Assembly (NCBI GenBank): GCA_016432405.1
Contig: CP066687.1
Coordinates: 515,065 to 579,064, forward strand
DNA: 64,000 bases
From: Candidatus Giovannonibacteria bacterium
GTDB lineage: Bacteria; Patescibacteriota; Minisyncoccia; UBA11713; 2-01-FULL-45-33
Direction of reading: 5' to 3'
Positions 54,929 to 63,488 of this stretch are shown here, piece after piece. The position numbers and the translations under genes are program-made. The notes beneath the pieces are model-generated. The model worked only from the letters and a program-made list of their open reading frames with translations, was not told the origin of the DNA and did not search any database. Numbering within the stretch: the first letter of the stretch is position 1; the number at the start of each line of letters is the position of its first letter.

Positions 54929-57900
54929 CTAAAAAGCGTCTGCCGGGGACTTGTCGGTTGTGTTTCCGCTGAAAGTCGCGCCAGTCGCCTGAATCGTTGA
55001 GTTGGAAGAAGAAACCCCCAGGAAGTTATCGGAAAACGAAACTGTGTTCAAAACCACTCCGGCGTTGGCGGCAACCAGCGCCGTTGAATTGCTCGCGGGC
55101 GAGGCGTGGTTATTAAATTCAAAATTGGTGAGCGTTGAGGTCGCGTGGTCGTAAAGCCGCATTCCGGCCTTGTAATTATTCTCAATCCGCCCGTCCGACA
55201 AACTGACGCTCCCGCCAAAAACTCCGATGCCCGCTATGGCGTTAGGGTTGCCTCCCGCGCCATATCCGCCGTAGCGCAAAGTGAACCCGCCGCCATACAT
55301 ATATCCGCCGGAATTTACCACAATGCCGTACCACTCGCCGGGCGCCGTGTCCGCCAAAGAAGTGAAAACGATACTGCTTTTGCTCGCGCCTTCAAGTTTT
55401 AACGCGCCGTTTACGGTGAGCCGCGAAGAGCTGTCCTCGCCGGCAAACCGCGCGCCCGCTTCCAAAACCAAACCCGCTCCGGCGGAAATTTCGGCATTTG
55501 ACGAAGAAATTGTTAGGTAAGCCAGAGAATTAGAAGCGAGCGTCGTCGTCCCGCCCGCTGCAGAAATCGTCCCCAAAAGCGCTATGCCGTTTTTGCCGTT
55601 GCCCGCGCCGGAATTCCCAGAAAAAGTGCTGGAGCCGTTTGATGAATACAAAGCGTAAGAAATATTATTGTTAAAAATATTATTCGCGTAAGACGCGGCC
55701 GCCCCTTCCGCCTTTGCTCCAAAATAATTTTCCGAAAACGTGTTTCCGGAAACGGTCGGCGCTCCGCCCACGACGTAAAACCCGACGTTATCCGCCGTCG
55801 TCGTGCCCACAGAGAAGGTATTGTTCTGAATTGTGGAGTTAGAAGTCGTCAATCTTGCTCCCGCCGAAAAAGAATTTTCAAAAATTGAATTGGAAATGGT
55901 TATGGAGTTGTCAATAACGCTCAAAAGCGCTCTGCGTTCCTGCGGGATATTGCTGGCAAACCCGCCGCCGTATTTAAAACGGGTATGGCTTACGCTGGAA
56001 TTCTGGCTGCTGGAGGTAATCCGCACGTTTCTCCAGCTGCCCGCCGCGGGAGAGCCCGACAAAGCGGTAAATAAAATATTGTTTGCCGCAGTGCCGTCTG
56101 ATTTTAGAGTGCCGTCCACAATCAAATCAGCCGAGTCGCCCATCTTCACCGTAACTCCCGGCTCAATCGTCAAAGTTTTGCCGCTCGCGATTGTCAGAGT
56201 TTCGTTGTCTTTTATAATGTAGGTTCCGAAAGATTGTTTTAACGTTTTGTCGGAAGATAAAGTCGCGCCCTGCGAAATTAAATAATGAAGTGAGTTGCGC
56301 GCCCGCGGAGTCGCAGTAAGCGCCGCGCCCGCCGAATCCAAGCCGTTTTTCACAACGCCGTTTGATGTCCCCCAGTTCCCCGTGTCCGTCCCCACGGCTT
56401 CCATATCAATTCTTTCCATTGATGAATAAGTCGGCGAGGCAAGTCCTCCGCACCAAGCGTTGGAGCAAAGAACAGTTTGGTCAATCGTCGTTGATGCGCG
56501 GGATAAAACCAAAGTTTCTCCGCCGTTCCCAAGACCGGAGCCCGCACCCGAGCCGGAAAAAGGCGCAGTGAGGTCGGCGGTCACGTCGCTTACGGTGTCA
56601 TTATCCGTCCTTTCTATTAAATAATATCCTCCGGCGGAAATTGTTCCCGAAAGATTAATATACGGAACGCCGTCGCCCGCGTATAAAACCCAATTCGCGA
56701 TACTCACGCTTTTTGAACTTCTATTATAAAGCTCAATCCACTCGTCGGCGCTGTTCGCAGAAGTTCCCGCCCAGGCGATTTCATTTATGACAACAGGGCG
56801 AGTGAAAAACACGACCGTCTTAGTCGTTTGCGCGCTCTCGTTGCCGGCATTGTCCACCGCTTTTGCTTTGAAAATATAAGTGGAATCGTCCGCGGGCAAA
56901 GAATAAATTGTGGAAGTCGCCGTGGTGCTCGCAAAATTAAATCCGTCGCAACTTACACCTCCCACTTCACACCTCACATCGTAATGATTCAGGTCGCCCG
57001 CGGCGCTGGACCAGGAAACAGTGGCGGTTGAGCTTGCCACAAGGCATTCGCCGGCAACGGAAGCCAGCCCGGGGCATTCCGAAACGTCCAAAGAAATATC
57101 CGGAGCGGTTGTGTCGGAAGCCGGAGTTTCCGCAGGCGGCGTCGGCGTGCCTCCGCCAAAGCCGGGAGAACCGCCTCCGCCCGCCGCCTGCAACTGCAAA
57201 AAAGGCGGTAAATCCTCATTCGGGGACTTAGTTTCCAAGTTGGCTGCTTCACTTGGTTGTTGGACAACCAAATTGGTTACGCCGCCCGGCGAGAGAACAC
57301 TGCCCGACTCCTCGAAACCTGGTTTTGAGACTTCCAAAAAACCAGGTTTCTTCCCGTCGGGCAGTTTTAAGAAGTCGGGCGGCTCACTTGGCGGTGAAAC
57401 CGCCAAGTGGGGCTCAAATGCGCTTTGAGGAATCTCTTCAACCAACGGCTTCGGCTCTTCTTTATTATTTAAACCGACCGCGCCGCTAACTTGCGACGGA
57501 AGCAAACTCGCCACCCTGTCAAAAATCGTTTTATTTTTCGCCAACAATCTTTTGTTCTCTCTCTCCTCCTCAACCGCCTCAAAAAACAATCTCACCACCC
57601 CAACCCCATGCAAAACCGCTTGTTTGGAAAGATGAGACCAGTAGTCATTCATTACATAAGTATTATCGTCAAATTTAGTTATAAATTTTGAGTTATCTCC
57701 TTTCAGAGTCTCTAATTTAACCAAACGCAATTTCTTGCTATCAAGTTCTCCGTATGCAAAGTAATATTGAACCCCATCAATATGTTCTACACTGATACTC
57801 TTGATAATTGGATTAAAATACTCTTTTGATTTTTCTGGCGTTGTATCCTTGCTAAAAAAATTATTATTAGAATAAGTCGCCATTGAATCAAAATATTCCC

Positions 57901-58540
57901 CAAGAGAAGAAAAACGCGCCGGTTGCGAACCACTATGATATATCATAGTGGATAAACCGGCCATGGTTTCCGCATTCCATTTACTCGCCCAGTGTTCATA
58001 GGGGCTTGCCTGATGAAAAAGCTTATCGGCATAAGGCGGGTGCGCATCGTTTCTGGTATGGTCGGGCACGGACATATCTTCAATCAAATGCAAAATGTGC
58101 CCCAAGCCGTCCAGCCCGCGCGATTTGTCCACCCAGACATAATCATAAACCGCGCGGTCCCAAGAATAATCTGTAGGCGCTCCGAAAACCCCGGTGATTG
58201 CCCCGGCCAATGGCCGGAAAACGCTCGCCTGCGCCAAAGTGTTCTGGGCCCAGTCCTTCGCGGAAAGCTGTCCAAACAAACCGCGGTTATAAACAGGGTC
58301 ATAAAAATGATGCAGCGCCCTTGCTCCGTTGTCTTCTCCGACGCTCCCTATCTCCACCGCGCTTCCATCAACCTCGCCCATTTTAAGATTCGGATAATAA
58401 GAGTTAAATGCTTTGACAATTTCTTGCGTCAGCGCCCTATGTGTTGTTTCCGGCGAGTATGCCAGTGTAAAAAATGGGGACAGCGCCAGCGTCCCCATGA
58501 TTAGAATTTTCCAAATTTTCAGAGTTCTAAAATTTTCCAT
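54929..58540 (-). CDS. Giant secreted protein: zinc-dependent phospholipase C / S1-P1 nuclease-like domain, lamin-tail domain (LTD), right-handed parallel beta-helix repeats
   Basis: 1203 aa. Signal peptide, then HHFYDP and HLIEDMSVPDH motifs (PLC/P1-nuclease zinc ligands), LTD signature INEIAWAGT...DEWIELYN, PbH1-like NNTFS/GNTFSEN repeats. Contains an in-frame family 1 element. Confidence 0.85.
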   Translation of the reverse strand: MENFRTLKIWKILIMGTLALSPFFTLAYSPETTHRALTQEIVKAFNSYYPNLKMGEVDGSAVEIGSVGEDNGARALHHFYDPVYNRGLFGQLSAKDWAQNTLAQASVFRPLAGAITGVFGAPTDYSWDRAVYDYVWVDKSRGLDGLGHILHLIEDMSVPDHTRNDAHPPYADKLFHQASPYEHWASKWNAETMAGLSTMIYHSGSQPARFSSLGEYFDSMATYSNNNFFSKDTTPEKSKEYFNPIIKSISVEHIDGVQYYFAYGELDSKKLRLVKLETLKGDNSKFITKFDDNTYVMNDYWSHLSKQAVLHGVGVVRLFFEAVEEERENKRLLAKNKTIFDRVASLLPSQVSGAVGLNNKEEPKPLVEEIPQSAFEPHLAVSPPSEPPDFLKLPDGKKPGFLEVSKPGFEESGSVLSPGGVTNLVVQQPSEAANLETKSPNEDLPPFLQLQAAGGGGSPGFGGGTPTPPAETPASDTTAPDISLDVSECPGLASVAGECLVASSTATVSWSSAAGDLNHYDVRCEVGGVSCDGFNFASTTATSTIYSLPADDSTYIFKAKAVDNAGNESAQTTKTVVFFTRPVVINEIAWAGTSANSADEWIELYNRSSKSVSIANWVLYAGDGVPYINLSGTISAGGYYLIERTDNDTVSDVTADLTAPFSGSGAGSGLGNGGETLVLSRASTTIDQTVLCSNAWCGGLASPTYSSMERIDMEAVGTDTGNWGTSNGVVKNGLDSAGAALTATPRARNSLHYLISQGATLSSDKTLKQSFGTYIIKDNETLTIASGKTLTIEPGVTVKMGDSADLIVDGTLKSDGTAANNILFTALSGSPAAGSWRNVRITSSSQNSSVSHTRFKYGGGFASNIPQERRALLSVIDNSITISNSIFENSFSAGARLTTSNSTIQNNTFSVGTTTADNVGFYVVGGAPTVSGNTFSENYFGAKAEGAAASYANNIFNNNISYALYSSNGSSTFSGNSGAGNGKNGIALLGTISAAGGTTTLASNSLAYLTISSSNAEISAGAGLVLEAGARFAGEDSSSRLTVNGALKLEGASKSSIVFTSLADTAPGEWYGIVVNSGGYMYGGGFTLRYGGYGAGGNPNAIAGIGVFGGSVSLSDGRIENNYKAGMRLYDHATSTLTNFEFNNHASPASNSTALVAANAGVVLNTVSFSDNFLGVSSSNSTIQATGATFSGNTTDKSPADAF
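57282..57382. repeat. Family 1 nested palindromic mini-element in-frame in the giant secreted-protein gene
   Basis: CCGCCCGGC...CTCGAAACCTGGTTTTGAGACTTCCAAAAAACCAGGTTTC...GTCGGGCGG. Encodes LPDGKKPGFLEVSKPGFEESGSV. Confidence 0.75.
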
Positions 58541-59061
58541 AAACCAGTGGGAAAATGCCCTAACCTGATAGTGTTGGTAATATTACCAGCCGGGACATTA
58601 AATTTTTGTCCTTGTAATTCTACAATACCACCATCGGAATAAATTGTGTACTCAAAAATCGCTATTTTATCACTAGATTCTTTTAGATTTTGTTGTGCAT
58701 TCTCAAAATCTTTTAGAAAATTTGATGTCCTATTATTTATTTGCATTTCTTTTAGATCTATAGTGGCTTTTTCTTGTTCCTCAATCACAAAATACTTCGC
58801 CGCCAAATCTGTGTCCCCCTTTTTCAGAGCGTCAATAAAAAGCGCCAGTGTTTCTTCCGGCGTTTTGCCGCCGTAGGTATCCTCTTCATAAAGTTTTTTC
58901 AGCGCCTCGTATTCGTTTTGCGCTTTCTTCGCGTTCCACCAATCGCGGAGCGCCCCTGAATTATCGTAAATCCCGGCGCCATAAACCGCCAAAAATCCCA
59001 GCGCCAAAATCCCCAGCATCCCCGCGAAAAATTTCCAAAAATGCTTGTTTAATGAACTCAT
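58519..59061 (-). CDS. Hypothetical membrane-anchored protein
   Basis: 180 aa, N-terminal TM, no family recognised. Confidence 0.55.
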   Translation of the reverse strand: MSSLNKHFWKFFAGMLGILALGFLAVYGAGIYDNSGALRDWWNAKKAQNEYEALKKLYEEDTYGGKTPEETLALFIDALKKGDTDLAAKYFVIEEQEKATIDLKEMQINNRTSNFLKDFENAQQNLKESSDKIAIFEYTIYSDGGIVELQGQKFNVPAGNITNTIRLGHFPTGLWKILEL

Positions 59062-59183
59062 AACTCAAAAATAACTCACAAAGCCTAGCCAGTCAACATT
59101 AGTTTTCATCTACTAATTTTAGCATAAAACCCTGCCCCGTTAATTTTCTCGCCTCTCCGCCGAACACCGCAATTTCACTTTTT

Positions 59184-59999
59184 TTATTTCTTTTTACTCT
59201 TTTTTAATCTTTTTTCTATTTTCCTTAATCTTGCTTCAAGTTTTTTAAAATTTTCGTTAATTAATATTCTAGAATCTCTTATTAAATCTGTTGCTTTAAT
59301 TTCTTTAATCATACTTTCTTTAGACAAATTAGCTATATTTTTCATTGTAGTTTCAAGATTATTAATAATTTTTTCTCCAAGTATAGTAACTTTTTTAGAA
59401 TCATTATGCAGTTCATTAAATTTCCGATACTTATGAAGGGCTTTATGAGTTATGTCGTTGCGCATAGAATTAAAGTTTTCTAAATCGCTCACCAACATGC
59501 TGTCATTTAAAAAAACGCTTAAAAAATGTATAAGTTTGCCCAGTGTCTCTTTTTGTAATTTTTTACTGGAAAGTTTTATCCAAATCTTTGTTTCAAATAA
59601 ATGGCTGTTGGAAATACAATCGAGATTTATGATGGACTGTATAAATATCAATAAAGATATTACGTTATATGAGATTAAATTTTCTTGTAATACCAGTCTT
59701 GCATAATTCGATTTCTCCTCTCTGAGATACTTTAGAAAATCTTCACGGAATCTCTCCCTCTCATCTAGATCACTAACAATCTTTTTAACTAAATGTTCTC
59801 TTTCTTTTTGCCAAAATAGGCCGTTTTCTATTTTGTTGCCATCCTCATCTTTGATAAGGCCGCCTAGTTTATCATAATGAGCCAAAATCTTTTCTGGCGT
59901 AGCATTTTCTCCAGCATCCTTTTTAGCCCTATCGTATTTATCGCTATTATTATTGAGCGTGTATTCTCGTCCCCGAACTTTGATTTTTATTTCTTGCAT
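59184..59999 (-). CDS. Abi_2-family (AbiD/AbiF-like) abortive-infection protein with HEPN R-x4-H motif
   Basis: From the ATG at 59999 with SD AGGAG (the track start 60023 lacks an SD). AT-rich. LRNDITH fits the R-x4-6-H HEPN motif conserved in AbiD/AbiF. Driven by promoter module copy B. Confidence 0.6.
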   Translation of the reverse strand: MQEIKIKVRGREYTLNNNSDKYDRAKKDAGENATPEKILAHYDKLGGLIKDEDGNKIENGLFWQKEREHLVKKIVSDLDERERFREDFLKYLREEKSNYARLVLQENLISYNVISLLIFIQSIINLDCISNSHLFETKIWIKLSSKKLQKETLGKLIHFLSVFLNDSMLVSDLENFNSMRNDITHKALHKYRKFNELHNDSKKVTILGEKIINNLETTMKNIANLSKESMIKEIKATDLIRDSRILINENFKKLEARLRKIEKRLKKSKKK

Positions 60000-60025
60000 A
60001 ATGTCTCCTAGTTTTTTGAACAAAC

Positions 60026-60086
60026 TTATTAATCCCCTAAATCTTAGCGGATTTTGGGTTTTTATTCAAGCAGTTTTCGGTTTTTT
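60026..60086 (-). promoter_or_regulatory. Conserved promoter module, copy B
   Basis: Minus strand reads TTGAAT (60064-60069), 17 nt, TAAGAT (60041-60046), then TTAGGGGATTAATAA. Paralogous to 31657-31717. Confidence 0.55.
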
Positions 60087-60284
60087 GCGCGGCACGCCGC
60101 AATGCTCGGCAATAATTGGAGCGTCAATCCAAAAAATGATTTCTAAATAAGCATCCGCCATCTTAGAGGCGATTTGTTCCATTGTGCCGTCGTCAACCTC
60201 CGAAACGTCAAAACCTATCCCTTCTAAATCTTCCCGGCAAATAGATGTAATAGGAAACTGTTTAAATTTTTTATTATTGGCCAT
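60066..60284 (-). CDS. Hypothetical small protein (island gene)
   Basis: 72 aa. Its 3' end overlaps promoter module B. Confidence 0.4.
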   Translation of the reverse strand: MANNKKFKQFPITSICREDLEGIGFDVSEVDDGTMEQIASKMADAYLEIIFWIDAPIIAEHCGVPRKKPKTA

Positions 60285-60298
60285 ACTAATAAAATTTA

Positions 60299-60508
60299 TT
60301 ATTTAAGCGCATTTTTGATTTTAGCGAGGATTTCCGTACCACATCGGAAGCAAAAATTTTTAAGTTTTAGGCCTATTACATTAACCTTTTCGACGCGTTC
60401 TGGATAATATATTTCACCTTTTCGAATTTCACCGCCGCATGTATTACAAAAATGAGAAACCCTTGCTTTTGTTTCCTTTAGAATTTTTAAATTATTATAT
60501 TTGCTCAC
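60299..60508 (-). CDS. Small zinc-ribbon protein
   Basis: 69 aa, CNTCGG...CFRCG (two CxxC pairs). Confidence 0.45.
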   Translation of the reverse strand: MSKYNNLKILKETKARVSHFCNTCGGEIRKGEIYYPERVEKVNVIGLKLKNFCFRCGTEILAKIKNALK

Positions 60509-60517
60509 GCTATCAAA

Positions 60518-60751
60518 CTAGCTTAAGTATTTTCGCGGATCATTTTTATATGTCCACTCATTCTGGATTTCGCCATTCAAGCCGTGAATTTTCACTTGGC
60601 TTGGTTGCATAGACTTAGCCAATGCTACAGCCGTTCTAACAGCGTCTGCTTTTTTAGGAGTAGAGATGACGGGGAAGCTGACGCCAGCTTGCTTCACGAG
60701 CCAGTTTTCAGAAGTATTGTTGTGCACAACATGTAAAACTTTTCTTGCCAT
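60518..60751 (-). CDS. DUF2188-family small protein
   Basis: 77 aa. VHVVHN...W.VKQ.G...P.S.TKKADAV.TA.ALAK...I.HG.NG.I..E.TY..DP pattern typical of DUF2188. Confidence 0.55.
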   Translation of the reverse strand: MARKVLHVVHNNTSENWLVKQAGVSFPVISTPKKADAVRTAVALAKSMQPSQVKIHGLNGEIQNEWTYKNDPRKYLS

Positions 60752-60868
60752 GGTATTAGGATTTTAGATTAATAATCTCGACCATTTTCAATTATAATAC
60801 CAAACTACCGAAAATAAACCGAAAGTTATCCACAGGCCAATAGCAACCGCTTGGTATAAAATAAATAT

Positions 60869-62392
60869 ATGCTCACCCCTCGTCAAAAACAGGTACTGGA
60901 TTTTGTAAGCTCCTACACCAAAAAGCGGGGTTTTGCGCCCTCCATTAAAGAAATGGGGCAAAGGATTGGCTTGGCCATATCTACAATTCATCAGCATTTA
61001 ACGGCGCTGCAAAATAAGGGTTATCTGCAACGACAAAAAAATCAAAAAAGAGGCATTGAAGTATCTTCATCAGAGAAGCTAGTAAAAATTCCTTTATGGG
61101 GAACAATAGCCGCAGGCGAACCAATCCATGTATTTGAAGCACATAAAGAAGCCATTGCTGTCCCAAAAAGTAAAATCCCCTCTTCATCGGAGGTCTACGC
61201 CCTCCGCGTTGTGGGCAACAGCATGATTGATGAAAATATAAACGACGGAGACGTCGTTTTGGTGCGCCAGCAAGAAACTGCCGAGAATGGAGAAAGGGTA
61301 GTGGCTCTCATTGATAATCACGAAGCAACCTTAAAGAAATTTTATAAAGAGCGCGGACATATTCGCTTACAACCGGCAAACAAAAACATGGAGCCGCTTA
61401 TTTTCAGAAATGGGAGGGATGTTTCAATACAAGGAATTGTACTTGATGTTATCCGTGAAGAAACACCAATATCTATTGTCTTTCCAGAAATTAAGACGGA
61501 AATCAAACAATATAAAAAACTTCCTATTAACAAAATAATTTTAGGAGATGCGATGCAAGAATTAAAGAAACTTCCTGATGAAAGTTGTGATGTTATCGTT
61601 ATTGATCCCCCATACAATATCGGGAAAGATTTTGGAAATAATCTTGATAAGCGAGAACTGAGCGAATATGTTGCGTGGTGTAAAAAATGGATAAATGAAT
61701 GCGTTAGAGCAATGAAACCAACTGGAACAATGTTTATTTATGGTTTTAGCGAAATTTTAGCCCATCTTTCTGTTGAAATTCCTATAAATAAACGCTGGCT
61801 TATTTGGCATTATACAAACAAAAACGTTGCCTCACTCAATTTTTGGCAGAGAAGTCATGAAGCAATTATCTGTGCATGGAAAAACAAACCAATTTTCAAT
61901 AGAGACGAAGTTAGAGAGCCCTACACGGAGGGGTTTTTGAATGGGGCCGCAGGAAAAATAAGAAAGGGCACATTAGGGAGATTTAGTGGGAGCGGTGTAG
62001 AAACTGTTTACAAAGCCCATGAGGGCGGCGCGTTGCCGCGAGATGTCATCAAAGCTCCTGCCCTGGCTGGAGGAGCCGGAATGGTAGAAAGATGGTTTTT
62101 GTGCAAAACGTGCGATGATGTTTTTGAACCGCGACAATTGAAAAAACACAATGGACACAAAATAATTAAACATCCCACGCAAAAGCCCCTTGAATTATCA
62201 AAAAAATTGATCGCATCAGCTATGCCTAAAAAGGATGGCGTTGTCTTAGTGCCATTTGTCGGTACTGGTTCGGAGTGCGTAGCGGCAAAAGAGTTAGGCC
62301 AATCGTATATTGGATTTGAAATCAATCAAGATTATATAAAAATTGCTGAAAAATTTTTGAGCTCCACTAACTTTGCGCCAAAATTATTTTAA
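60869..62392 (+). CDS. LexA-like repressor (wHTH plus S24 peptidase) translationally fused to a beta-class N6-adenine (DPPY) DNA methyltransferase
   Basis: Continuous 507 aa ORF. Residues 1 to about 200 form a complete LexA: LTPRQKQVLDF wHTH, Ala-Gly cleavage site IAAGEPI, catalytic Ser in VVGNSM and Lys in ATLKKF. Residues about 225-507 form an MTase with motif IV DPPY then motif I FVGTGS (beta-class order). Confidence 0.8.
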   Translation: MLTPRQKQVLDFVSSYTKKRGFAPSIKEMGQRIGLAISTIHQHLTALQNKGYLQRQKNQKRGIEVSSSEKLVKIPLWGTIAAGEPIHVFEAHKEAIAVPKSKIPSSSEVYALRVVGNSMIDENINDGDVVLVRQQETAENGERVVALIDNHEATLKKFYKERGHIRLQPANKNMEPLIFRNGRDVSIQGIVLDVIREETPISIVFPEIKTEIKQYKKLPINKIILGDAMQELKKLPDESCDVIVIDPPYNIGKDFGNNLDKRELSEYVAWCKKWINECVRAMKPTGTMFIYGFSEILAHLSVEIPINKRWLIWHYTNKNVASLNFWQRSHEAIICAWKNKPIFNRDEVREPYTEGFLNGAAGKIRKGTLGRFSGSGVETVYKAHEGGALPRDVIKAPALAGGAGMVERWFLCKTCDDVFEPRQLKKHNGHKIIKHPTQKPLELSKKLIASAMPKKDGVVLVPFVGTGSECVAAKELGQSYIGFEINQDYIKIAEKFLSSTNFAPKLF

Positions 62393-62408
62393 ATAATTTT
62401 ATATAAAA

Positions 62409-63077
62409 TCAGCTATCGCTTTTTAAATAATTAATAAGTCCTTTCCCCAATTCTTTAATAGATATAGAAATATTAATTAATTTTTCATCCTTAGAAAAAT
62501 AATTGAGTGGGATTAAATACCATAATTGATCAGACATTTTAAATACTATTTTAGCAGCAAGGCCCAAACCTTGTTTTAACTCATAGCCTGTTTTTGTTTT
62601 TTTCCAGTTGTTTTTGTTAAGCATTTTAGTTGGAGCCAGTTTGATGGCTGGGGTTTTAATAACATTATAGATTATGCGTTGATGCTCTTTATCTAATTCT
62701 CGCGCGCATATTAAATAAAAGTCGAAATTATTGTGTTGAGCTTTTATAAAAGCTAGTTTCTTTTCTAATGAGCTAAATGTGGTTAAACGATAAGACGATA
62801 GCGTAAGAAAATTATTTTTTATAACGCTACCCTTGGCAGAAATTTTTAGAATAGAACCATTAATTTTTGCCTTAATATCAACACTTTTTTCATGCGATTG
62901 AGAATTCCATACAACTTTATCGTCTCCATAGAGAAAGACAAGGGCAGCCCATATAAGTTCTTCCCAACTTGTATCTTTAATTGGAAGTGTTGTTGTACTA
63001 GATTTAAATTTTATTAGTTTCTCAATAGTACTTGAGAATTTTGTCTCATTAAAACTCATATAATCAAATTCTCCCAC
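62409..63077 (-). CDS. Putative type II restriction endonuclease (partner of the methyltransferase)
   Basis: 222 aa AT-rich ORF convergent with, and 16 nt from, the MTase gene. Possible D...D-x-K core (GDD...VDIK). Alternative ATG start at 63059 with SD GGGAG. Function inferred from context only. Confidence 0.45.
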   Translation of the reverse strand: MGEFDYMSFNETKFSSTIEKLIKFKSSTTTLPIKDTSWEELIWAALVFLYGDDKVVWNSQSHEKSVDIKAKINGSILKISAKGSVIKNNFLTLSSYRLTTFSSLEKKLAFIKAQHNNFDFYLICARELDKEHQRIIYNVIKTPAIKLAPTKMLNKNNWKKTKTGYELKQGLGLAAKIVFKMSDQLWYLIPLNYFSKDEKLINISISIKELGKGLINYLKSDS

Positions 63078-63116
63078 AAAATCATTTATTTATCAAACCA
63101 AACCCCGCCTCCCTAT

Positions 63117-63144
63117 CTATTCTCTTATTCTCACGAATTAGCCG
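63117..63144. promoter_or_regulatory. Operator-like repeat upstream of the putative REase gene
   Basis: CTATTCTCTTATTCTCACGAATTAGCCG. 27 of 28 identical to 63444-63471 upstream of the ArsR-family gene. Confidence 0.5.
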
Positions 63145-63153
63145 GAGTATAAT

Positions 63154-63426
63154 TTATAAAATAGACAAAATATATTTTGCCGCGTGCCGAAGCGCGCCGA
63201 GGCGGTAAAAAACCTGAAGGCTTCTTTGGTCACGTTCCAAAATATCAGCTGCAGCGAGCACCGACAAGTGCCGGGAAGTTGATTTAAACGACAAACGAAT
63301 TTCTTCGGCAATGTCCCCAACCGGCGCCTCCTTAACCTTTTTTAAATACCGCAAAATTTGCAGCCGTCTTTTATTGGCCAGCGCTTTTAACGCCTTTTCC
63401 AGCTCTTTTTCATTCATAGTAAACAT
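63154..63426 (-). CDS. ArsR/SmtB-family transcriptional regulator (candidate controller of the R-M system)
   Basis: 90 aa. HTH VGDIAEEIRLSFKSTSRHLSVLAAADIL, typical ArsR length. Confidence 0.75.
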   Translation of the reverse strand: MFTMNEKELEKALKALANKRRLQILRYLKKVKEAPVGDIAEEIRLSFKSTSRHLSVLAAADILERDQRSLQVFYRLGALRHAAKYILSIL

Positions 63427-63443
63427 ACTAGCATATCCCCCAA

Positions 63444-63488
63444 CTATTCTCTAATTCTCACGAATTAGCCGATAGAGAATAGAGAATT
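63444..63488. promoter_or_regulatory. Operator-like repeat plus inverted partner upstream of the ArsR-family gene
   Basis: CTATTCTCTAATTCTCACGAATTAGCCG followed by ATAGAGAATAGAGAAT (inverted partner of ATTCTCTAATTCTC). Confidence 0.5.
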
